Virus record (IMG/VR): IMGVR_UViG_3300044675_001378
DNA: 20,000 nt
Source of the DNA: an uncultured virus (IMG/VR IMGVR_UViG_3300044675_001378)
Taxonomy: Duplodnaviria; Heunggongvirae; Uroviricota; Caudoviricetes
Reading direction: 5' to 3' (one strand)
Positions within the stretch are counted from its first letter, which is position 1. Each line of letters begins with the position of its first letter. The translations under genes and the position numbers were made by a program. The notes under the pieces are model-generated. The model did no database searches, was not told the DNA's origin, and worked only from the letters and a program-made list of their open reading frames with translations. This document shows, in pieces, positions 15,019 to 20,000 of the stretch.

Positions 15019-15185
15019 TTGCTTTCTCCTTGGTCGATGTAGTGCTTGATGCGCCAGAGCATCTCTTGCATGCCTTCCCATGCAACGCGACTAGGGGGCG
15101 TTCCGTCTATACCGCGCTGCACAGTGTTTAGCATCACATCGACGTACGTTTCGATCACGCCTTTGGATATGGTTATCTTGATCAT
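15015..15185 (-). CDS. Small hypothetical protein (56 aa, MIKITISKGVIETY...HYIDQGESK)
   Basis: Manual translation; SD GGGAG; abuts the upstream stop. Confidence 0.65.
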   Translation of the reverse strand: MIKITISKGVIETYVDVMLNTVQRGIDGTPPSRVAWEGMQEMLWRIKHYIDQGESK

Positions 15186-15428
15186 TTACTTCTCCCATTT
15201 AAGGGTTGTGCCGCTGCCGCTGTAGTTGCAGAGGTCGTAGTTGGTCATGACTAGCTGCGTAAGGGTGTAGGGGTCTATGTCCCGCCCACTCAAATAGTGG
15301 CCCAATAGTATCGAGCCGTTGATGTGTCGGCTCAGGTCAGAGAACATAACCTCCTTCTCGTGTACTTCGGCAACCATGCGCTGCCCATGTTCGTCATACC
15401 CTCGGCCTGTGTTCCATTGATGTTTCAT
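15186..15428 (-). CDS. Hypothetical protein (80 aa)
   Basis: SD AAGGAG directly after the conserved hairpin. Confidence 0.75.
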   Translation of the reverse strand: MKHQWNTGRGYDEHGQRMVAEVHEKEVMFSDLSRHINGSILLGHYLSGRDIDPYTLTQLVMTNYDLCNYSGSGTTLKWEK

Positions 15429-15440
15429 TTACTTCTCCTT

Positions 15441-15473
15441 AAAGCGCAGCCTGAGTCGGCAGGCTGCAAACCG
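15441..15473 (-). repeat. Conserved intergenic hairpin, copy 1
   Basis: Minus strand CGGTTT-GCAGCCTG-CCGACT-CAGGCTGC-GCTTT. Confidence 0.7.
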
Positions 15474-15504
15474 TTTCCAACGGTGCAAACCGAAATGACA
15501 CCCG

Positions 15505-16611
15505 TCAGACTTCGCAGTGAACTGTGTCGAACAGAGACAGCAACACAGTATCGGCATCGTAGACAGCGCAGTCAGACATCGCACGCTGCAACACCTCGTC
15601 AGTGAGCATGCGCTTGTTGAGGAACTTGAGCGCCATCATGGGGTCTTCTGGGTACGCCGCCTCTGCGATCATGTCGAGCAGGTCGTGATACATCCCACGC
15701 ATGGCATCGCGCAGTGCGTCCTCCAGCATGTCGTTGTCCGTGTACCCGTAGGCGCTGGCGTCAGACCACTTGCCGTCCCATGAAGTCAGGCTGGTCGTGC
15801 TGTAGTAACTCTTCCAGTCCATCAGGGGCAGCTTCTCGATGACTGTCGGGTCACGCCCCACGGGCAGGGCATCCCACTTGATCTTGACGGCCGCAGCAGC
15901 CAGCGCTGTGAAGTGGAAGATGTCCAGAGTCTCGCGGTCTGAGTGCTCGTTGTCGTAGCCCACGCTGATGTTGGTGCATTCGGGGATGATGTCAACGAAC
16001 TCGGCAGTGTCGGTGTACACACCTGTGTCATCGCCCAGATACATCAGCACGCCGTCAGCACACAGCTCACCGGACAGTGCGTCAGCGAACTCATCAGAGC
16101 AGCACCTGCCCCACCCCTGATGCGTGATAACGCTGTCGATGCCGCGCCTGTCGAACGCAATGGCACGATCAAAGCAGGCCAGCAACTCGGGGCTGTGGTC
16201 GGCAAGGTACTTAGCACCGATACCCCCGCGCTCCTCGCCCTGCGTGAAGATGTAGTACGCCGGTACACCAGCATGCAGCATGTGCATCAGCATCGCGCAA
16301 CCCGCACCATCGTCAGCACCAAGGGGCGCACCATCGGCATACCACTTGCCTTGAGTCTTCCTGATCTTGTTGGCACCTGTCTCACGATGCACTGTGTCCA
16401 CATGGGCTACGAACAGCGTGCGGTTGGTGTCGTCGAGTCGTGCGTCTACATGCAGGTTGCCCACCTTGTCATAGCTGACAGCGATGTGCTTGCGCTTGGG
16501 TATGTGTGAGTGCAGCCAGTCCGTGAACTCGATGACTGCGCGTGTGCCGTGTGGCCGCTTCATTGACAGGGCGCGTGATAGCGTCTTGCAGAGTATTGAT
16601 TTCTTGTTCAT
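15505..16611 (-). CDS. M28/M20-clan (MH) zinc-dependent peptidase/amidohydrolase (368 aa)
   Basis: Metal/catalytic motifs in the canonical order: AHVDTV, LGADDGAG, GEERGGIG, AFDRRG, NISVGYDNEH; acidic helical C-terminal extension. Confidence 0.85.
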   Translation of the reverse strand: MNKKSILCKTLSRALSMKRPHGTRAVIEFTDWLHSHIPKRKHIAVSYDKVGNLHVDARLDDTNRTLFVAHVDTVHRETGANKIRKTQGKWYADGAPLGADDGAGCAMLMHMLHAGVPAYYIFTQGEERGGIGAKYLADHSPELLACFDRAIAFDRRGIDSVITHQGWGRCCSDEFADALSGELCADGVLMYLGDDTGVYTDTAEFVDIIPECTNISVGYDNEHSDRETLDIFHFTALAAAAVKIKWDALPVGRDPTVIEKLPLMDWKSYYSTTSLTSWDGKWSDASAYGYTDNDMLEDALRDAMRGMYHDLLDMIAEAAYPEDPMMALKFLNKRMLTDEVLQRAMSDCAVYDADTVLLSLFDTVHCEV

Positions 16612-18065
16612 GTTGATTCCTTGATTGTTACTGTGGTTGGTTCAATGGACAGGCACGCATCCCGTACGGGGCATGGCTCGACTTCTTCTGGCTCGGGTAC
16701 ATAGTCCTCGTGGTACATGTTGCCGTCAATCTCGACAGGTGCATCGTCATCGTACAAGTAGAAGTTGCCCGACCCTTGGCACTCCCATGTCTCGTCAAGC
16801 AGCGCCCACTCGCCATCGTGTAGCTCTACGCAGTTATCGCGCAGTTGGTAGTCGCCCACATGGTCACAGACAATCGCATCGTCATCGCAGTGATACCACT
16901 CGTCACCAACACTGACCGCATCATCCATCGAGCAGTACTCGCCGTTCTCAAGCTCCACGATGCCGTTGTCACTGAGGTAGTCGCGGTCGTAGTAAGTGCC
17001 GTCAACCTCCACGGCGTCATCGTTGGGCACATAGTAGTCGTTGCCCCTGCGCCCAGTGACATGCGTGTACTCGTCGATGCAGCATTCGCCAACGACATGA
17101 TCGTCGTATATACCTGTGCCGCGCTGCTCGTCCTCACTGATGCGCTGGCCACAGTCCGCACAACTGCATGCGTTCTGCTCAGTCGCAGTGCCGTTTTGAT
17201 TACTGCACTGCCAGTCACCACTGCTCGTGATGCGTAGATACTGTCTGTATGTGCCGTCAGGCATGCGCTCGTTCTCAATGTCAACATCCTGCGTCCCGCC
17301 GTCGATGTAAGGAGCGATGAAGTCGCAGTCGCTGTGCCCGCTCTTGATGTACGCCAGCCGCTCCCCCTTCCATTCGTTGCGCTTCTCGTACCCCTGCGAA
17401 TGTAGCCACTGATGCAGCTCGTCATCGGGTTGCGAGTACCGCTCACCATCCTTGTGCCGATAGGTACGCACGAAGTACTTGGGGTTGCTCTCTAGGTTGT
17501 CCCGTTGCATGAGTAGCGCACGACCCACGATCTGATGCCCCAAGCGGCGGGTTGCCACATGCCAGCCGTAGCACGGCGCGTACACCTCGTAGGGATGCGC
17601 CCCGAGTTCATCAAGCTCGTTGCGATCTCCCTCCTCGTTCTCATCGAACTTCATACATGAGGCGGGGCCATGTTGCACAGCACGCACGATGGCCTCAGTG
17701 GTGCGCTCGATGTGAAAGCTAGCCGCTGTAGCGTACTTGGCTACGAAATCCCTTATGTGATGGTCTGCCATGCGCGGCCAGTGTTGCTTGATGTACTTGC
17801 CCAATGATGTCAGCGTCTGCCTGTCGGCCTCGCCTGCTCGCTCGTCCCGTGTGTAGGCAAGGCGGGTCACATCGGTCGTGGCCTCATGCGGCCACTCAAG
17901 CAGCAACTGTTGCCAGTCTTCGGGGTCGTGCATCTGGAACGCATCGGCCACTGCGGGGTGCAGTTCGAATCTGTTTTGCAAACTCTGATGCCACTGGCGC
18001 GAGTAGCGCACAACATCGGCGGCGTACATAAAGCACTTGGCCTTGGGGGAATATCCTAAGAACAT
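16608..18065 (-). CDS. Uncharacterised phage protein (485 aa): N-terminal globular domain, CxxC...CC element, C-terminal acidic tandem repeats
   Basis: SD AAGGAG; ATGA-coupled to the peptidase; motifs GPASCM, GRALL, YFVRTY, PYIDG; repeats DD-A-V-E-V-D-G-x-Y-Y. Confidence 0.85.
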   Translation of the reverse strand: MFLGYSPKAKCFMYAADVVRYSRQWHQSLQNRFELHPAVADAFQMHDPEDWQQLLLEWPHEATTDVTRLAYTRDERAGEADRQTLTSLGKYIKQHWPRMADHHIRDFVAKYATAASFHIERTTEAIVRAVQHGPASCMKFDENEEGDRNELDELGAHPYEVYAPCYGWHVATRRLGHQIVGRALLMQRDNLESNPKYFVRTYRHKDGERYSQPDDELHQWLHSQGYEKRNEWKGERLAYIKSGHSDCDFIAPYIDGGTQDVDIENERMPDGTYRQYLRITSSGDWQCSNQNGTATEQNACSCADCGQRISEDEQRGTGIYDDHVVGECCIDEYTHVTGRRGNDYYVPNDDAVEVDGTYYDRDYLSDNGIVELENGEYCSMDDAVSVGDEWYHCDDDAIVCDHVGDYQLRDNCVELHDGEWALLDETWECQGSGNFYLYDDDAPVEIDGNMYHEDYVPEPEEVEPCPVRDACLSIEPTTVTIKEST

Positions 18066-18093
18066 AAAAACTCCTTGATGTTTTACTTAACTG

Positions 18094-18124
18094 AAAGCGA
18101 GGGTGAGACAGCACCCTCATACTG
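18094..18124 (-). repeat. Conserved intergenic hairpin, copy 2
   Basis: Minus strand CAGTAT-GAGGGTG-CTGTCT-CACCCTC-GCTTT. Confidence 0.6.
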
Positions 18125-18126
18125 TT

Positions 18127-18142
18127 GGGGACAAATGTCCCC
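18127..18142. promoter_or_regulatory. Inverted repeat GGGGACA-AA-TGTCCCC
   Basis: Perfect 7-bp arms with a 2-nt spacer, just after the upstream stop codon. Confidence 0.45.
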
Positions 18143-18144
18143 GT

Positions 18145-18351
18145 CTACTCCTTGCCTATGAGTTCATTGCGAAGCTCGTCCATTTGTGCGAGCACCTGCT
18201 CACGAGTGCCTTTGAACCCCATCTGTTTGAGCATGGAGTAGGCGCTCGGTGAGCGGCTGCGGGACATACCTTTCATCTCCAGCTTGAGCATGGAGCGCAG
18301 TGTGAGTAGTCGAGCGCCCTCGATCTGATTGGGTGTGCTGAGTGTTGTCAT
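18145..18351 (-). CDS. Hypothetical basic protein (68 aa, MTTLSTPNQIE...)
   Basis: ATG at 18351 with SD GGAGG and ATGA overlap. Confidence 0.75.
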   Translation of the reverse strand: MTTLSTPNQIEGARLLTLRSMLKLEMKGMSRSRSPSAYSMLKQMGFKGTREQVLAQMDELRNELIGKE

Positions 18352-18530
18352 TGGCAATCCTCCGGTACTTCATCGCCAAGGCCAAACGCCTCGGCCAACT
18401 CTTGAATGGTCTGGCGGTGTGCGTCCCAGTCGTGGAAACTATCTGGACTGCCCCGCTGCTGGTAGTCCTGCAATGCGCCGCACAGGTCAGCGAGGGCGCA
18501 GCGTGCTGCGAAAGTTTGGTTCTCTGTCAT
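18348..18530 (-). CDS. Hypothetical protein (60 aa)
   Basis: SD AAGGAG; ATGA overlaps at both ends. Confidence 0.7.
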   Translation of the reverse strand: MTENQTFAARCALADLCGALQDYQQRGSPDSFHDWDAHRQTIQELAEAFGLGDEVPEDCQ

Positions 18531-18751
18531 TTGCCTTCTCCTTTGGTTGTCTCCTTCATACGCTCATTGCGGCAGTGCTCCGCGTAGAACTTGAGGAACA
18601 ACATATCGAATGTCGTCAACAACTTCTCTGCGTTCTGCGTGTCGGCCACATAGAACGCTCGGGCGATATGCTCTGCGAAGCTACCTCCCTCACGCTCCAT
18701 GCATCGGGCGGCTTGTAGCCGCATGTCGTGGTCTAAGTGCATTGCTGTCAT
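18527..18751 (-). CDS. Hypothetical protein (74 aa; MEREGGSFAEHIARAFYVADTQN)
   Basis: ATGA overlaps at both ends; SD AAGGA. Confidence 0.75.
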   Translation of the reverse strand: MTAMHLDHDMRLQAARCMEREGGSFAEHIARAFYVADTQNAEKLLTTFDMLFLKFYAEHCRNERMKETTKGEGK

Positions 18752-18993
18752 TTCTTCTTTCCTTTCTTGGTTTCAAAATAGCCGAGCCACTTTGTGCCCT
18801 CGACTTGGGGTTGGTACATCTTGATCTCGTAGTTGTCAGTGTGCGGTACGGGCACGAGGAACAGGTTGTACGGATAGCCGAACCCGTCCATCATCTTGAG
18901 CAGTTCCCGTAGGTCTCGCGTGTCGTTGGTTGTTACCCAGTCCGCTACGCTGGATGCGTAGAAGTGGGCGTTATCTGGCATGTTCTCGTTCAT
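18748..18993 (-). CDS. Hypothetical protein (81 aa)
   Basis: SD AAGGAG; coupled to the downstream gene. Confidence 0.75.
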   Translation of the reverse strand: MNENMPDNAHFYASSVADWVTTNDTRDLRELLKMMDGFGYPYNLFLVPVPHTDNYEIKMYQPQVEGTKWLGYFETKKGKKK

Positions 18994-19010
18994 TTGCTTT
19001 CTCCTTGTGG

Positions 19011-19277
19011 TTAAAGTGTGCAGTACCAGCGATGGGCGCTGATTCGTTTTGTCTTGAGGCGAACGCCTACTGTCTGGCGCAGGTGGCTGTTGAACATCTT
19101 GACCAACACAGACTCAACACCGCCGCTTGGCATGGTGCGTAGCTGATCGCTCTCGATGATGACAAAACCCCGCGCTTTGAGCGTCTCGTACAGGGCCTGC
19201 CAGTCATGCACCACCTTGGTAGGCACCGGGGTAGGTGCGGCGCTGAACGCCGTGTCGGGTATGTCCTCAATCCTCAT
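19011..19277 (-). CDS. Hypothetical protein (88 aa, MRIEDIPDTAF...)
   Basis: Internal ATG at 19277 with ATGA overlap. Confidence 0.7.
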   Translation of the reverse strand: MRIEDIPDTAFSAAPTPVPTKVVHDWQALYETLKARGFVIIESDQLRTMPSGGVESVLVKMFNSHLRQTVGVRLKTKRISAHRWYCTL

Positions 19278-19504
19278 TTGCTTTCTTCTAAGTGTTGCCG
19301 CACTGCGGCGTCTATGACATCCCATGTGATGCCGACATTGCAATCGAACGCACGAGCAACAAGCTCAAGCACCATCACGCAGTCATCCTCTGTGAAGTTC
19401 TCTGTCCCCTCTATTTCGTTGCACTCGATGACATTGACTACATCCTCCACGCTCCAGTCATCACGCAGAACCCACTTTTTGTTTTCTTGAACCATGTGTG
19501 CCAT
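19274..19504 (-). CDS. Hypothetical acidic protein (76 aa, MAHMVQENKKW...)
   Basis: Internal ATG at 19504 with SD AAGGAG. Confidence 0.75.
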   Translation of the reverse strand: MAHMVQENKKWVLRDDWSVEDVVNVIECNEIEGTENFTEDDCVMVLELVARAFDCNVGITWDVIDAAVRQHLEESK

Positions 19505-19515
19505 TTGTCTTCTCC

Positions 19516-19665
19516 TTAGTTGGTTGCGTTTATATCTACAAAACACTCGCTCTCGAATGAGGGGTCTACATCCGCCACTGCGCGGCGCTCCCCGTCCACC
19601 CACAAGTACACCTCGCAGTCAGGCGGCAGGTGCTTTAACTGCTCGATCAGTTCGCTTGTCTTCAT
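19516..19665 (-). CDS. Small hypothetical protein (49 aa, MKTSELIEQLKHLPPDCEVYL...)
   Basis: Manual translation; SD AGGAG; ATGA overlap with the upstream stop. Confidence 0.7.
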   Translation of the reverse strand: MKTSELIEQLKHLPPDCEVYLWVDGERRAVADVDPSFESECFVDINATN

Positions 19666-19922
19666 TTGCTTTCTCCTATTGTGAAACTGTGGATAGGCTC
19701 GGGCAGGTTGTCCACCCAGTCGGCGGGGTATGCGTCCACATGCAGGTCTGTTTCCTCTTTGGCGTGGCCTGAGACTTCACTCCCCGACAAGTTGATGTCG
19801 TAGCCTCCCCAGACCACCCAGTCCTCGACTCCGGCCAGCGTTGTGCCGTAGAAGGCACGATCAGTGGTAAGTCCCAAGCGGTAGCCCTCGCAGAAGGCAC
19901 GCAGTTCGTTCAGTGTTTTCAT
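19662..19922 (-). CDS. Hypothetical acidic protein (86 aa)
   Basis: SD AAGGAG directly after the conserved hairpin. Confidence 0.75.
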   Translation of the reverse strand: MKTLNELRAFCEGYRLGLTTDRAFYGTTLAGVEDWVVWGGYDINLSGSEVSGHAKEETDLHVDAYPADWVDNLPEPIHSFTIGESK

Positions 19923-19935
19923 TTGTCTTCTCCTT

Positions 19936-19969
19936 AAAGTGCGGTCTGAGAACGGCAGACCGCTAACCG
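19936..19969 (-). repeat. Conserved intergenic hairpin, copy 3
   Basis: Minus strand CGGTTA-GCGGTCTG-CCGTTCT-CAGACCGC-ACTTT. Confidence 0.7.
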
Positions 19970-20000
19970 CTTTTTAAACAACTCTCCCATTAGCTTCACA

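Noticed and set aside
16826..17449. 207-aa alternative-frame Thr/Ser-rich ORF
   Set aside because: Frame-shifted shadow of the Asp/Tyr-rich region of the 485-aa gene.
19974..20000. Possible 3' end of an upstream gene (...CEANGRVV*)
   Set aside because: Only nine codons are visible, too little to support a call.

Overview
A 20-kb segment of a tailed dsDNA phage (Caudoviricetes-type), with every credible gene on the minus strand and most genes translationally coupled by ATGA overlaps. From 20 kb down to about 10.4 kb is a dense early/accessory region of small hypothetical genes. It includes a DUF2591/NinX-like gene, a winged-helix protein, three tandem 'IRARG' paralogs, an NrdR-like zinc ribbon, and a coupled pair: a 485-aa protein with acidic hairpin repeats and an M28-type zinc peptidase. 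From about 10.4 kb to 1 is a replication module: DUF3310, VRR-NUC nuclease, family-A DNA polymerase (Leu762 type), HExxH protein, PD-(D/E)XK nuclease, short HNH, SNF2 helicase, SSB-like protein, HTH protein and an AEP primase/DUF927-type protein truncated at the window edge. The least explained signals are non-coding: (i) a three-copy intergenic hairpin with compensatory base changes that brackets the peptidase module, (ii) a two-copy ~90-100 nt structured element with a conserved GGGGG-GAA/AGUA-CCCCC basal stem, (iii) a two-copy operator-like palindrome TGTCYA-N4-TRGACA fused to a -10 box in identical geometry, and (iv) region-specific repeated gene-junction sequences. All family assignments are by eye from motifs; no database search was run.
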